NCBI GenBank assembly: GCA_040954595.2
Contig: CM082586.2
Span: 8,959,337 to 9,023,336, forward strand
Direction of reading: 5' to 3'
Source of the DNA: Balanoglossus misakiensis
Taxonomy: Eukaryota > Animalia > Hemichordata
Length of the DNA: 64,000 bases
In this document: in pieces, positions 13,441 through 28,141 of the stretch
Layout: each line of letters begins with the position of its first letter
Position numbering within the stretch: position 1 is the stretch's first letter
Notes under the pieces: model-generated
Databases searched by the model: none
Seen by the model: only the letters and a program-made list of their open reading frames with translations
Told to the model about the DNA's origin: nothing
Position numbers and translations under genes: made by a program

Positions 13441-14695
13441 ATATAATAATAATATAATATTTATTTGCATAAAGGCCACCGGCCCATTGCATTTAGTACA
13501 TCAAAATGATACAGAGGTAAAGAACTTGGTTTGATTGCACCACAAAACTATACAAGACATTTAGACAGAGTATTACATGCTATTACAAATTTAGTGCTTC
13601 TTTCCGCAATTCGAATGCTTGATATACATATTTTGCCAGGTTATTTATAATATTGGTATCACCTGAGGTGAAAAGTTTGACCATATTCGCTTGATAATGA
13701 TATCTTGTAAAACACTTTGGTAAATATTTCTCCCTAAGATTTTGATAAAGCGTACATTCAAAAAGAAAATGATATTCATCTTCAACGATACATGTATTAC
13801 AAATTTCACATAACCTTTCAGACCTGTCCAGACCTTTGCTGCGGCCAGTTTCAATAGAAAGCTGGTGGCCGGAACATCGTATCTGTCAAAGGGCCTTTCT
13901 ATGTTTGTTAATTTTAACATTAAATAAAGAATTTTCAAGGCATGGGCTATTCTTCAACTGACAAAACATTTGTAAACGGCTTGTGCTAGAAATTTCCCCC
14001 CACCAGTCTTGACGCCAATTATCTTTTACTGTATCTGAAAACAGTGTAATAAACAATTTTTCATTACCAACTCCCTGATTAATCCAAGCATATCCATAAC
14101 CATATCTATTAAGTATATTACGAATATGAGATGCCCAATTTGTTTTCCCCAGTAAATCTTCTCTTACAAGAAGCGTATATGAATGTTTTGCTATTTGTGT
14201 ATTTGGCATAGATAATAATTTCAGCCACCATTTTACGCATCGAATGTATGTATGAACGAAAATAGGTGGTCTGCCCAATTCTCCTATTACAGCGGCATTT
14301 GGAGTGTTACTTTTTACGCCTAAAAAGCGTTTACAATACTTATAATGTACAGTTTCTGCGCATGCGTAGGGTTGAAAACCCCATATCTCTGAGCCATATG
14401 TCAAAATTGACAAGATCATTATATCAAACACTTTAAAGTAAAGCTGACAAGGGAGTTCTCCAAATTTTCGTGTAAAGCGGTTAACAGTAAATATAGCTTT
14501 CTTGGCCTGTTCAGATAAAGTTTGTACAGCCTTAAACCATACATTTCGACTAGAAAACACAATACCCAGATATTTATAATAAGATACAACATTCACTTGT
14601 TCTCCTCCATATAGCCATTTTTCTGTTTTCTTAATTATACCACCGTTTCTAAATACAATAATTTTTGTTTTGGACAAATTTACTTTCATTTTACA
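13441..14695 (-). mobile_element. 5'-truncated LINE (C-terminal end of RT ORF plus 3' end)
   Basis: ORF 14689-13886 MKVNLSKTKIIVF...YKYLGI...ILTYGSEIWG is typical of a LINE ORF2 C-terminus. An AATAAA plus TA-rich tail lies at ~13441-13466. Confidence 0.88.
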
Positions 14696-15288
14696 TTTTT
14701 CAGTTTAATTTTTCGTGTAATACATATACATTATTCTCTATTTCGTTATGTGGTGTTTTACAGTAAGATGATAAAATTTCTTGGGCGATGGCTAAAGTAT
14801 CTTCGTCCTGTTCTTTCTTCCATTGACATTACAAATAACTTGCTGCAAGTTTATACATATGATATCCATAAGTCATGTGTCAAAATATTCTTTCCCACTT
14901 TACATGTGCACAAGTTTTTGATGGTGTATTTAATATTAAGGCCCATTGAGGTGAATTTTGCACAGCAGTCTCCAGTCCAAAATAAATAAATACATAAATG
15001 AACCTCTTATAACAGTTGTCGTCATTTCCAGAACAGTGTTGCTTTTGATGTGAAATGTCAGTTGTTACAATTAAAAGTTCTCATTGAACATTGTGTTGGA
15101 ATAAGTTGAGATAGGAATAAGCTTAACATAACACTGCTCTTAGTCAAAAATCGTCACCTTCCTAGCATGCAACATTGTGTCGCCTACCTTGTCAAGTGAT
15201 TTGAAGGTAAGACCACAATCAGATAAAAATGCAGAAATTTGTTAAAATAAAATGACCACAAGTTTGACAAATTTCATTACACTATCAC

Positions 15289-16340
15289 GTTTTTAGGTCC
15301 CATTGGTATGTACCATGGGACCTTATGGGATCGGTTGCGTCTGTATGTATGTATGTATGGATGGATGTATGGATGGATGTATGTCTGTATGTCTGTCCAC
15401 ATCAACAACTTGAAAACCACAGCTTGTATGACCTTGATATTTGGTGTGTAGATGCAGGCAGGGCTGTAGATGGGAGTTTGTTCAAATGAAGTTGTCATTG
15501 CCAAAATATGCAAATTAGCTGGGAAAATGTGACAAAACTCGGTAACTCAACAACCACTGGTCATATTGATTTGAAAATTGGTATGCATGTACCTTATATC
15601 AACCTCATACAGTCCTGTATGTTTTGAGCTAATATTATCGATTTCCTATTTTTTATGCATTTTTTTTTATTTTTCCATGTTATTCAATAAAAAGTCTTCA
15701 TTTCTGAAAGTGATGGGCTTACTTCTTTGAAATTTAGTATGAAGCTTCCTAATGGTTGTCTGAGTAACCATAGTTTTGTTCAAATTGTTGCAAAATTTGC
15801 ATATTTATTATTTTGAGCAATATTTGCCATATTTGGTCAATTTTTTTCCCCTTAAAACCGCATGCCAGATGGCTTTGCAATTTGGTAGGCATGTTCGTAG
15901 GGGTAACCTAAGTAATATGCTGTAAAAAAAATGTGATATCTGCATAAATGTGTTATCAGGGAAACTTTTGCAATTTTTGTCAACAATTTTTTTGTCTGAA
16001 ACTGCTTTGTCATATTGCATTGAACTTTGGCAGCATGTTCCTTGTAGTGATTGAAGTAAGATTTGCAAAATTTTGGTGATATTTGCATATTTGTGTTTTT
16101 GCCACTTTTGAACAAATATTTTCTGTGAAACTGCTTGTTGGATTGCTTTGAAATTTGTTTTTTCTCTGATTGCTTTGAAATTTAGGATATAATTTCATAA
16201 CACATACATGTATATGTGCAACTTTTATTCAATTCTGATATCAGAAATATTCAATATTTAGCGAGTTTTTTTGTAAGTTTCTTTGTTTTTGGTTAGCAAA
16301 TCTTCTCCTAAACCAATTGTCCAGTTGTTTTGAAAGTTAC
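15289..16340 (+). mobile_element. DINE-1/Helentron-associated-like non-autonomous repeat
   Basis: Starts TTTTTAGG, followed by the hairpin GTCCCAT...ATGGGAC, a (GTAT/GGAT/GTCT)n microsatellite and degenerate sub-repeats containing TTGAAA...TTGGTA / TTTGCATATT. Confidence 0.55.
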
Positions 16341-19217
16341 TGTTTACAAGGAGTTGTTACCCCGAATTAAAACATGTTTACATAACTTTAATAGGCCAGC
16401 TGTTACAGAGACCACCAGCTATTATTTTTTTAATTACCAGTCTTAGGTCAGTGTGTGTCTGTATGTGTGTCTGTTCCAGGGCTGACGGAAAGAAGTTGCT
16501 TCTCATTTGTGTTTGTACAGACAATTTTTGGTCAATTTTTTTTCTAGCATCAGTTGTATGACTGCCATGACACATGACAGTTTATTGGGCATGTTCCTTA
16601 TTATTTTTTTTACATTCCATATTTCTATATGGTAAGATCATATCTGATAGCAATGTCACCTGTAATTTTTATCTGGTGTGTCGCTGTTTCCGCATAATCC
16701 TCAAATGGGACCACAGTGTCCTTGACGCTATTTTTTCATTTTGATGCTTGAAATGAGGTAAAATCTGTTGTTGAGATTAGCATTCCAATGGCGCTTGGGT
16801 GAAGACGTTTGCTGGTGAAGCTGCGCCACCTAAGTCTAATTTGCAAGTCTTTCTACCCGCTTTCTCAGCCGTTACCCCTTCTAGTAGTTTCATAATTTTA
16901 TTGGTATTTTAGAAATGTTTTCCTGTTTTTTTGTTTACTTTTTTATTTATTTTTTTACTTTTTGTTGATTGTAATGCTGTATGGCGTACCAGTCATTTCA
17001 GTACTTTTACTATTTTATTACCATTACGAATAGTCAGAATACAGGGATGATGCCGTTATGGCGTTTAGCCATTCACAATATATGTGACAGCTGGGTTGAC
17101 ATAGCTATATAAAGTGCTGTAGACACAGTGACGTGACAGAGCCTGAAATTTATGCCTGTCCTATCACTGCATGTATAGGATCGTGGACATGGGTTTGAAT
17201 ACAGAACTGTAATATAGTCTGAATGATTTTTTTCTCTCCAATATACACACAATTCTGCCTGTAGAGGCTACATTGGCCCAATTTTCTAAAATATATCTCT
17301 TGAAATACAATATCTACTCAACATGTCATGATTTACTGTATACTTGTTCAAGCGGTATCCTTATGACAGTCACACCTAGGCGACTCCACTGAAGTCTCTG
17401 GATAATAAGCGGACACGCGAACATGCATTAAATACACGTAAACTCCTCGACTGTGATTTACACGAAAAGCCGAAACGGCGGAGGGAATCACCATCAATCA
17501 CCCAACACTCACGCAGGGCAGCGATCTGCAGTAGAAAAAATAATGCCAATCGGCATGGCAAAGTAACACTTAAAATTTACATGTCCATACATTTATGAGA
17601 CGCATGTGCTGAATGGTACTGTGTCCCGGAAGCTTGAATTGCCTGATTAATAATTAAAACATGCAAATATACCACAGCCTCTTATGGCAATTCAGAAACT
17701 ATCGCTCTAAAAGGACCATGGTTGCGACAATATTTGCCAAAAAGCTGTATAAACTGTAGCTCATGATAATTCCTGACTTTAACGCGATCTGGTAGAAAAG
17801 TGTTTGCTTGTTTGTTACTTGATTGTGGTGGAGTGTTATTTATTTGCTAGCGACTAAACAAACATTCTGAGCTATAAATTAAGTGTGTTGAGTGGTTTCT
17901 GTCAAAGTCTATACCCGTAAAGCCAAAATAACAAACAGTATTTAATCTTTTAGACTCATAGTAAATTGCTTCTGATATGTACCTGTACATATCAAGCTGA
18001 ACAGACAGAATGTCAATAAACTTCAAACTAAACCATCAGAATATCAAAAACAACAATACCTAGGGAATAGTCACAGAAACCTAATTAATGGAAGGTCAAA
18101 CTTATGACTTTTATAGTGGTCTTGTGTGGACAGGGATGTCATTTACACTTCTTTACTTAGTACATGAGTGAGTGTGAACACGCTGATATTAATAACAATT
18201 CAATCGATGTTGGCTAATAGGAACAATAGTAAACGTTTAAGTTTTAATACAATAAGTATGAATTAACTTGAGCGGTGCTGATAACAATTACACACTGGAG
18301 GCTGGTACACATGGAGTCTCACTGACTCCAACATGTAATCAGATACAGGTGAAGGCCATTCTCTATAAGAGCAATAAAATATCTGACAGTTTTATGACAG
18401 CTGGTCAATATTTGCCTTAAAATGTTTGCCAACGTGGTTCTTATATACTCCCTTTCTTATCAGTACGTGTGTGGTGGGTCATGTGTCAATTGCCCTTGCA
18501 TAAAATCTCAAGAGATGCCACTTTTGCATTATTTTCATGATTTTATTTTACAACTTAGATTGGTCTATCTTAATATGTCATAATGTCATACAACAACAGC
18601 AAGGGACTCTTTTTGGAACTGTCTTTTCGACAAAATGAGCATTACTGTTTCTACAACACTTTACAACTCAAATGATCTTGCCTTCATTGCTAATATTTTA
18701 GGAGATAGAATTTACATGGTTGACTACCAGGAGTCTGGTGAACAAGCAACTCTTCAAGAAAATGTGCTGGACCTTGTACAAATATGCCTTGCGAACTGAA
18801 TTTAGTACCGTGAAATGCTTCTTGTCGGAAGCCATCCTATATAATTTAGTATAGTAGTACCTCTGTAATTTAATGTGTTGATGTAACTCTTCTCATTTCG
18901 AGGAGGAATAAAGGAACAACAACAACAACAAAAACAACTCCAAACAGCATGCTAATATACCCTTACTTCACTTGTCAACATTGCCTGTGGGTGTGTAATG
19001 CTATCACAGATTTTACTACTTTTACAAGCAAATATGCAACTTGTCTTCAAAATATGTGTTTATTGAATATATTTATTTATTTATTTAGAGTCAAATGTTT
19101 TTGGTGACATTTGAATATTTAGTGGAAGGTATTTTATACATAAATTGTGGGTTCCAACATATTGTTGGGAGTAGCACAAGAAACTTCAGTGGCCACATAG
19201 AATTAATTTTCAACCTT

Positions 19218-19368
19218 CAGTAAAACCTGTCAAAACCAAACCCTGTCTAATCTTGAAACCTGTCTATACTGAACACCGTTTCAGTCCCTTCGACATAGAA
19301 TCACATATTAAAAGAACCTTTACAATTTCTTCAGTGCCTTCAGTGTTCTGTTCAGACAGGTTTTACTG
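19218..19368. mobile_element. Pogo/Tigger-like MITE
   Basis: CAGTAAAACCTGTC ... GACAGGTTTTACTG-TA inverted termini. A related copy lies at 26796-26965. Confidence 0.65.
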
Positions 19369-21369
19369 TAGTTAATATCCCAAATGTCATAGCAGCTGCC
19401 CCTTTAAAACAAATTCTTTTCAAAAAATGTGTTTCTAATAGATTTGGTCAGGTGGAAAGGTATGTCACACACTGTTTGCACTGAACACTGAAGTGGTTGC
19501 CATTTTATTGACACAAATTGAATGACACGATGCATCACATTAGACTTACGGGTAAACCAGTTTATTGTTAGGGGAGTGCAGCTTAGTTTCTACTCTGCCT
19601 ATTCTCTGATTTTTTTTTCTTTACTATTTGGCAGAGGCAAAATGCAGACTAGTTATGGAAGTGTTCCTAAGTAACCATGCATCAATTATTTCTATTAATC
19701 TAAGCACAACATGTAAAATATAAATCAACCAGGTAGACTCATGTCTCCCCCTACAGTAATGGTGACAATTCCTATCATAGTACCCAACTTACTCAAGTAA
19801 ACACACTTAATGTTAGCAAACAGTCCTATAGATATAGCCTGGACCCCTGTCCCATTCCTGCTGCTGGTAGTGACAGCAGGGTTAGAAAGTGGGCAGAGAA
19901 CAAGAGTATCTTACAGGCCTCTTTCATGACCCCTGTGTGACCTTACATCCTGGTGATTTGTTGGTTTGACATCATTCATCATTCAATGTTAAATACAACA
20001 GCTAATCTTTCTAACACAGGCAATGTTTAACAGTTTTGTTCAAGGATGAGAAAAAATGCATTGATTTAATAGCGTGGTTGGTAAACTCGAAATTGTATAC
20101 TCACACCAACAAAATTCCAGGATCAGGAGGTCAAAAGGGGTCATAAAAGTGGCATGATATAGCTTAGTAGCCAGTGGTGTAATATTTATATGAACTGTGC
20201 AACTTCATGCATATTTCAATGTTATAAGTATTGACTGACATATAAAATTTCTTTGCGATGTCGAAATTCAATGAGAAGAAACAAAAGCCAAAAGTTACCA
20301 CATTTTATACTGACAATGATTTGTTTTGTACAGTTTACCCTATGGATCCAGCTATCATAAGAATAGGTCCAATAATTGTAGCTTTGGTGGGCTGGTTGAT
20401 CGCTGACGGGCTTGATCAACCAGCCCATCTAGGCTACAATTTTTGCAGCTATCATAGGAAGGGCACATTCGGAATACCCCCCACTGGGCAAAAAGGTTGA
20501 TATACATTCAGTATTTTCACGTATATGGACACGTAGATTAGGAATATGCGCAAGTATACAATAGTCTGCACAGTTGTACATCTACAATCTGCACCACGTA
20601 TATGTGACGTATATTCACGTATATGGAACATACCAATGTGTTAGTATACGTGCACGTATATCTATGAAGATCACGGGTGTGCACAACGCAGACCAATGCA
20701 GATCAAGTGCACACTATAAACATTCCAACGTATTTGTACACATTCTCAGTGCATATCTTCCTTGCTATTTGCATGACTGTGTTATTAGCATACGTTACAT
20801 CATCATCACAGACATTTACATTTGCATAGTTGAGTTCACATTCCTGGTATTTTTACATATATTTAACGCAGACCCTTCCAGAAATTACCATACATTATGT
20901 CATCATTGTTGGCAAATATTTGCAAAATAATTTTGGGGTCATATTTAAATTACCCCAAAGGTCACAATTCTGGGGTCATCCTTCATTGTCAGGATTTGAC
21001 CTTTCCTTCTTATTCACCTTTGCTGTAAATTTGTTACTATTAATCTGCTTTGAGATGCAACTGCATTTCAAAGCAGATCAATAGCAACAAATCGGTAAAT
21101 GCATATTTCAAGCCGATACACTTCCTCCCATCGTGCATCAACAAAAAACTGCTCACATAATAAAATTCACTTAAAAGGTAATTTTATTTAAAACATATAA
21201 AATGATTAAAGACATTACATGGACAAAGAACAAAGTGTTTTGTTTTTAAATGCAAACCTAAAATCTGAAAAATAATCCTCAAAGTCTAGCTTCATTCAGT
21301 AACTCCAAAATACCATGAAAAATTTGCTTCATCTGACATCAGATCGCCTGCTTTCACCATGTTATCCTA

Positions 21370-21860
21370 TTAAAGGGGAAATCAGGCGTAGCTGATTTCT
21401 ACATAATTTGGTAGCTTTGATGTCACTCTTTCAGAAAAAAACATATTCGCCATGTATAGGTCGCGCGATTTTTTACAAAATCTAGGGAAAGTTGGCAGAA
21501 TTTCCAATATGGCGTTTACTGTAATTTGAATCATGGGAAAAAAAGCGCCAGGACCAACTTCCGCCCACCTTGGTGTGGGTGATACCATTTTCCGATTGGT
21601 ATCACTGCATCACAAGCTAAGCGTATTTGCATATTTTTCATGGGTTATAGCTCATGAAAACTGTCAATAGATGACAAATTTTCGACTTTGCTGATGATTG
21701 TTTATCAACTGATGCAAAGAACAAACAATAGCTATGAAAATACGCCTAGTCTGTCGCCCAGTGACACCAATCGGAGAATGGTATCACCCACACCATGGTG
21801 GGCGGAAGTTGGTCCTGGCGCTTTTTTTCCCATGATTCAAATTACAGTAAACGCCATATT
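21370..21860. mobile_element. Non-autonomous DNA element remnant with ~100-bp inverted repeat
   Basis: 21506-21607 is the near-perfect reverse complement of 21760-21860. The left end reads TTAA-AGGGG. Confidence 0.7.
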
Positions 21861-21893
21861 TAATTTAAGGAGAAACCAAAAATGTACAATTAA

Positions 21894-22690
21894 GATGGGT
21901 CCCTGGGATCTTTTTGCTCGTTGCTATGGGCCTTTATAGGACACTACACTCAATTTTGATCGAAACCGTTATGAACGTCCGATAAGGGGCTTTGTAACTA
22001 GTTAAAAATACGCACGATTGTGTGCACACCCCCTGTCTGAGTATGTTTACGGCAGCTACCGCCCGGCCATAGGCCGCCACGCTAATACGGCAAAGCAGCG
22101 GTCAGCGATAGCGTGCGCGTCCTGTAACCACAGTAACTGGATCGAACGCTAAAAATCCAATGTTTTGTACACAGAGATTTTGTACCGTTCACAAAAATCC
22201 CTAAGGCTTTTTTCACAGGCGACGTAGGCCAGCCAAATTTGACCTGCTTGTTGAGAACGCACTTCCGCATAGTGTGACGGATCGTTTTTTCGGTTTTCGT
22301 CGTGTTAAGAAGCGATACCAGTGGAAGAGTGCGTCCAAAAACACCCAAAATCGATGACTTTTTCAGGTGTGGTACGGGTATGCTGAAATCGTAGGATACA
22401 ACGATAATATTCGAAAACAAAATCCGTCACGATCTTCCCTGGTTCAAGCAACTAATGAATACGTATCAAGTTCGTTTTTGAGGTCACGGAATAAAAAAGC
22501 CTTAGGCTTTTGAAATTTGACCTAGCTAATTTGCATATCAATGGCGTCAGGGGGCGCGCGCTCACAATCGTGCAGATTTTCAACTAGTTACCAGCCCCTT
22601 GTTAGACTCTGAAAACGGCTTAGTCCAAATCGGGGTGTAATGTCCTATAAAGGCCCATAGCAACGGGCAAAAAGATCCCAGGGACCCATC
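21894..22690. mobile_element. Complete non-autonomous TIR element with TTAA target duplication (Kolobok-like)
   Basis: TTAA|GATGGGTCCCTGGGATCTTTTTGC ... GCAAAAAGATCCCAGGGACCCATC|TTAA, with ~140-bp imperfect TIRs and RR termini. Confidence 0.85.
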
Positions 22691-25291
22691 TTAAGAGAAA
22701 TAACAACACGTTCAATTTTACTGATCATACATCTTTAACACAATTTCTCAAAGAATGTTTGGTAACTGGCTTTCAGCATCTTTGCTATTGTCAACGTTTT
22801 GCCATCTCTAAACATCATGAAGAAAATAGCTTAGAACGAGTACCCTCGTAAACCACTCAACATTTTGTGTGTTTGTTTGTGTGATACCATGAGGCGATCG
22901 ATGATATGGTCAGGGCATTATGGCCAAAGGGGACCATACCTGTCCTTTCTAATAAGGGCTACACAAAGAGAACATTGTTTCTTGTTATCTAAATTTGACT
23001 GCATGGGCGAATTACATTTTCAAGCTGTTACGTACCGATCCCAACATGAAAATTTAGCATTCAAGGCTTTTGAATGAAATTAAGATGAAGAGAATTTAAC
23101 TGTCCCTGCATACACCTATGCAACTATGAAGGACACTATGATTTCTGTGTTTATAATGATTCATCTTGGCGTGTATGTGATCATGCACTATCCTAGTCTA
23201 GTATCTAGCCGTCAACTTTGCTTCCAAAAATAACATCTAGATCAAGCATGCCACTGGCCCAATAAAACCTGATAGCCAAGTGATCATAGGTTAGCATGAC
23301 ATTAAACTGAGTGCGGCTGAAACACTGTTCGCTTACAATCGACAATTGTGTCACCTTGAATGAACTCGCACAGGTCAGAAAGGTCATTGTCTGTTGATAT
23401 GGTAATTGGTATCTATGTGGAGTGAGCCACTGAAGAGATGCTAATCAGACTCGAGAATGATTGACTATACAGTAATACAGACATAGATTGAAAACTTTGG
23501 ATTGTGATAATAAAATATGACGAGCAATTTATTACTAGTAAAAACTTTGTACGTCCAGCACAAACAACAAACAGTTTCCATGATGTCATTGTTAAAAGTT
23601 GTGTGCCCCACTCACAGTCTCTCGATCCAACACAGACACCCCACTCACAACTGACGGATAGACTGACTGACTGATTCACCTTTCCACAGATGTTTGGACA
23701 GTCATTTGATGTCTTGTAGAACAAGTCAGATTCATGGACTAATGTTTTAGGCGTACAAAACGCGCATAGCACAGAGCTGGTTTGAGCTGACTTGCAATTG
23801 GAGCTAACATGCAAATGTGAGCACACATATATTGCCGTGTCTACAAGTTGCTGTCTGCAGTGTTGAATTTCATCGACAATTTGTCAAGTTTTCACAACTT
23901 TAATTTTGCTGCGACACGTTCTGTCCGGGTGGTAATTTGTAAATTTTGTCGTTCAAATGTTTCAGTCCACTTGAACCAAGAAAAATCTCAGCAGACGGAT
24001 ATTTATTCTGAAACACCTGTTGATAGATTATGGGTGGTCATGATGAGACGGACAGCGTAAATTCAGTTCAAAAGTAACTTACCTGTGGGTCTTTATCTTC
24101 CTGGGAAGCCATTGCATTGTTGTGTCATTAACATTGCCTTGAAATTCATTCACAAATTACACCATAGCACGATGTTGCAGTCTTGAGTTCAACTGGCAAG
24201 TTAGTTTTGTTGGGATTGCGTCGTCTAGCTAATCATTTGATTTTGAAGACTGTATCTGTATAAAAGTCAATAAGTAAATACAAGCTGCACTACAAAGAAA
24301 AATAAGCATCTATTTGTCAGAATCATGATGGCACACAGAGTATTTATGAAACTGTTATCAGTTTTGCAGATTCGATTGTACACAGCCATAAATGGCAAAA
24401 CAATCCCTGCACAAACTGTAAATATAATGGGTCAAACAAAATATATTGCGGAAGCTGCAATTAATATTACACAATTCTCATTCCACGTTCTCATGTTGGT
24501 TTTTGGCGACATTCATGTGATGGTAATGACTACTTGGTTTACTATTGCAATGTGAAGTTATTAAATTAATTTGCTTTTTCATAAATAGTGGAACACATAA
24601 CTGAAGTTTTGTGGGCCAAACTTGACTTCATATCTGCACTCTTCATTCTGTCAACATTTAATTAATCCACATTAATTGTAGAGTTATCGAGTCAGTCAGA
24701 GCAATTAGCACCCTTCCCAGGTACTCAAGCTTTAGACTGTCAGCAGTCATCACTCCCCAGGCACGATCACAACTCCCAGCATTTTTGTAGCAATGATATA
24801 AAATTATTCATGTCATTGTTGTTAGTGAAACAAATTGTTTTTCGACCACATTCTTGAACACCAATTATTGTGTCTGTAATTAAGCTATTGTGTTATTTCT
24901 CACATACTTAAAACATAAATTGCTAGAGAAAAACTACAGAAGGAAAGTGTATACAGAATGACAAAAGGAAAATATATGAATGTCGAAAGATTGTGAATTT
25001 CTACCCTCCCCTGGTGGTGATACACTCAGGGTCAATAGCTATCCATGCATGTTCCCAAAACTATCACAGAGAAGGGGACGCTTTTCGGTATCATCACTGC
25101 CTTTGAAAATGATAAAAAATGGTACATCTTATAACATGACAATGTTCAAATGAGATTTGAAATACGGATGGGTGTCTAAACCATAGTTCTTTATATTAGA
25201 AACATTGTTATTGCTTTATATTTGTATTATGGCATTAACTGTCCCAGTTTTTGTAAATTAGGAGCTAAGGGGGCTTTTGTCTCATTTTCTT

Positions 25292-25293
<2 letters not shown>

Positions 25294-25337
<44 letters not shown>
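25294..25337. repeat. (TA)n microsatellite
   Basis: Direct reading of the sequence. Confidence 0.95.
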
Positions 25338-25340
<3 letters not shown>

Positions 25341-25872
25341 GACAGTGTTTTATTCAGGATGGTATCAGCAGGGGGTATATGTCCCCCTTCGCCAGAATAT
25401 TTGAGGGTGATTCCACTCTGGCAAGGGGGAATGTTATATCTTCAACATGTGAGTAACATCATTTTAAAGGGCACTCAGGTGCCCCTTTGACAATTAAATT
25501 TCCAGGGGGTACCAACACATCAATAGGAGGTGAATCCAAATTGTCTTTTTGTTGTTGAAAATTCCTGGAAATGTTATGGACAGGCAATGTCTATTTTCCC
25601 TGAGAGTGCCAGCACCGGTTTTGTATTTCTGTTTTCCTGTTGCCCTTTGGAGATCTTGCTGCTTTGTCTTGGAGAAGAGTGATTGTGTTGTCTTTGTTTT
25701 CTCACAACATGATGTCATCATTTTGTATTCAAATTGGCGTACATGATCATGTTTTGGCTTCATAATTTTTCATTAATGAAGATTTCAATGTTTTCCTTTT
25801 ATATTACTGCTGTTTATGATTGCATTTTGAGAATATTTTGATGAAAGAAATGTTGATTGTTGAATGTTACAG

Positions 25873-25971
25873 AATCTAATCAATGCCGCAGTGAAGGGTG
25901 ATGTTGCAAAGATTCAGTCGCTGATAGCTGATGGATATGATGTCAATGCAAGGGGTAAATACCCAGGACAG
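25873..25971 (+). CDS. Ankyrin exon 1 (N-cap-like, 99 bp, phase 0)
   Basis: TTACAG|NLINAAVKGDVAKIQSLIADGYDVNARGKYPGQ|GTAAGT. Confidence 0.88.
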
Positions 25972-26795
25972 GTAAGTGTTCGTATTGACCAATGTTTTAT
26001 ACAGAGTCATCGCTCAGGGCTAGCATTTGATATTTAATTTTTCACATGCGGTGCATGCAGGAACTTAAAAAAATTGTGTGAAACTGTATTTCAATTACGT
26101 GCAACAAAATAACGATAGACAGCCTGGGTTTTTGGTAAGTAACAACTTTTAATAGAAATATCTTTTTAAAATAACGAATTTTGTTGAAATAAAATGGATT
26201 CTTGGTGCAAACAAGATATTCCTAATGTCAATTCTTCCACAAAGATAAACTTACAGACACGGAGAGGTCTGCTGCAAGCAGTATTTTTAGGGGTCAACTA
26301 TGGTGTTTCAAATTCTCTGTGGCAAGAACTAATTCTCAACTGGGGTGTTTTTCAAGGTCCATCGCACTATTCTGTTTGCAAATACATCATTGCAGTTTGC
26401 CACGCCGCTTTCTATAGCACCCCTGATGCTGTTACTGTAGTAGCACTAGCTGAACCCCTGAAATGTTCCAGGACCACTTCAACTGTTCACATGTAATATT
26501 TTATGCCAGCATTTGAGCAGAGACATTTCAGAAACATTTCAATGGTTATGAGTGACTGGCTTTTCACACAACAGTAACACTGAATCAACTAGATATCTAT
26601 GAACTTCCAAAATACCACACACTCCCAAAATGATATCACAACACCACATTTAGATTGTGCAAAAACAGACCTACACTAGCCCACAAATATAAATAATCTC
26701 AATTCAGCGCAGACTTTTTCATCAACAGTTCCAGTTTTACCTAGTGTGAACATGGTATCAGTCTACAGGTTGGTTCAATGTGGTTCAACCACATA

Positions 26796-26965
26796 CAGTA
26801 ATACCTGTCGAAATGGAACATGCCGTATCTGGAAAACTGTCTATAATGAACACATTTTCCTGTCCCCTTGACATAGAACCACGTGTTAAAAGAACCTTTA
26901 CAAACCAGAAACGTCTGTAAACTGAACAATTTCTTCTGTCCCTTTGGATTAGATGGGTTTTACTG
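26796..26965. mobile_element. Pogo/Tigger-like MITE
   Basis: TA|CAGTAATACCTGTC ... GATGGGTTTTACTG|TA. Confidence 0.65.
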
Positions 26966-27225
26966 TACATGTGTTTTGGTCATAGAGAATTGTCACTCAA
27001 CCTTAGAAAATACTATTATTATGATCTTTCAGAATCAAATATATATCAGTCTATTACTGAAATAACACACCATCGTAATCAAAACCATTATTACAATAGT
27101 GACTGAAGCTCATTGTGATGAAATTCCTAGAGTTTCCTCATCAAAAGATCAAGCAGTTGACTCACATTGCAAGTATCAGATTTGTGATGTCATTTTTATT
27201 CCAACATTAAACGTCTTTATTCCAG

Positions 27226-27324
27226 AATGATTCCACAGCATTGCATGCAGCGTCCTTCAAAGGTAAATTGGATGCTGTCAGGATGTTGATTAGCCATGGT
27301 GCAGATGTCAATGCGAAGGATGAG
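27226..27324 (+). CDS. Ankyrin exon 2 (99 bp, phase 0)
   Basis: TTCCAG|NDSTALHAASFKGKLDAVRMLISHGADVNAKDE|GTACGT, a canonical ankyrin consensus. Confidence 0.92.
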
Positions 27325-28141
27325 GTACGTGAACTGACTTATCACTTTATTATGGATAATGTGGCCACACAATTGGATAATAAAAAAATGCCTTTGAAAA
27401 AGACCTAATTACAACACTCTTATTTTCATCCAAAATTACTTTGCATGATCCAAATTCAATGGGAAGAAACAAGCTACCCCTGAACAAGAAGAGGGAAAGG
27501 CCAAAAAGTATTACCCATACTGATTTAGTTTTACTAACCATGATACCCTTGGGATCCAGCCATAGGAAGGACAGTGGGACACATTGCACTCTAAATTTAA
27601 CAATCTTTACAATTTAGCCAAAGATGTTGAACCATAGTGTATTTGACACATTTGTTCCGAATGAATAAATATGTTCCAGAAAGTAAATTTTGATGCATTT
27701 TTTTGTGTTTCACCAAAGTTAACAAATTTTTATTTTTTTTCAAGCCATCTCTGAAATTTTGCTGGCAATTTTTTTTTAAATCTTCCAGATCCCCTCCATC
27801 CTTAGTTAAGCTATGGAGTCTAAAACATCCAATGTTAAAAACTATATGACCAGTCAAAGCGTTTTCCTCGCTGTTAGAATCAATTGAGATTCTTCACCGT
27901 CATTCTTTGATCTGTATTCATTTTAACAGTCGGCAATTTTCATTTTGTGTGTAGAAGGACTGTGCATTATCCTTTCAAATCAGTCAGTATGCCATTCTTG
28001 CTTGTTTTTTGCAATATGGCTGATACTTTTGATATTTGTTTATTTATTTGTAGGTTTGTTTGTTTGTTTGTTTAAAGAAACCTCATATTACATTTCAATT
28101 TTTGTGACATTGTTCCCATGCTTCTCCTTCATTACTTACAG

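Noticed and set aside
17000-25800. Kinase exons expected for a true DAPK1
   Set aside because: No kinase motifs were recognised upstream of the ankyrin exons, so the DAPK1 symbol is not assigned. Small exons could have been missed by eye.
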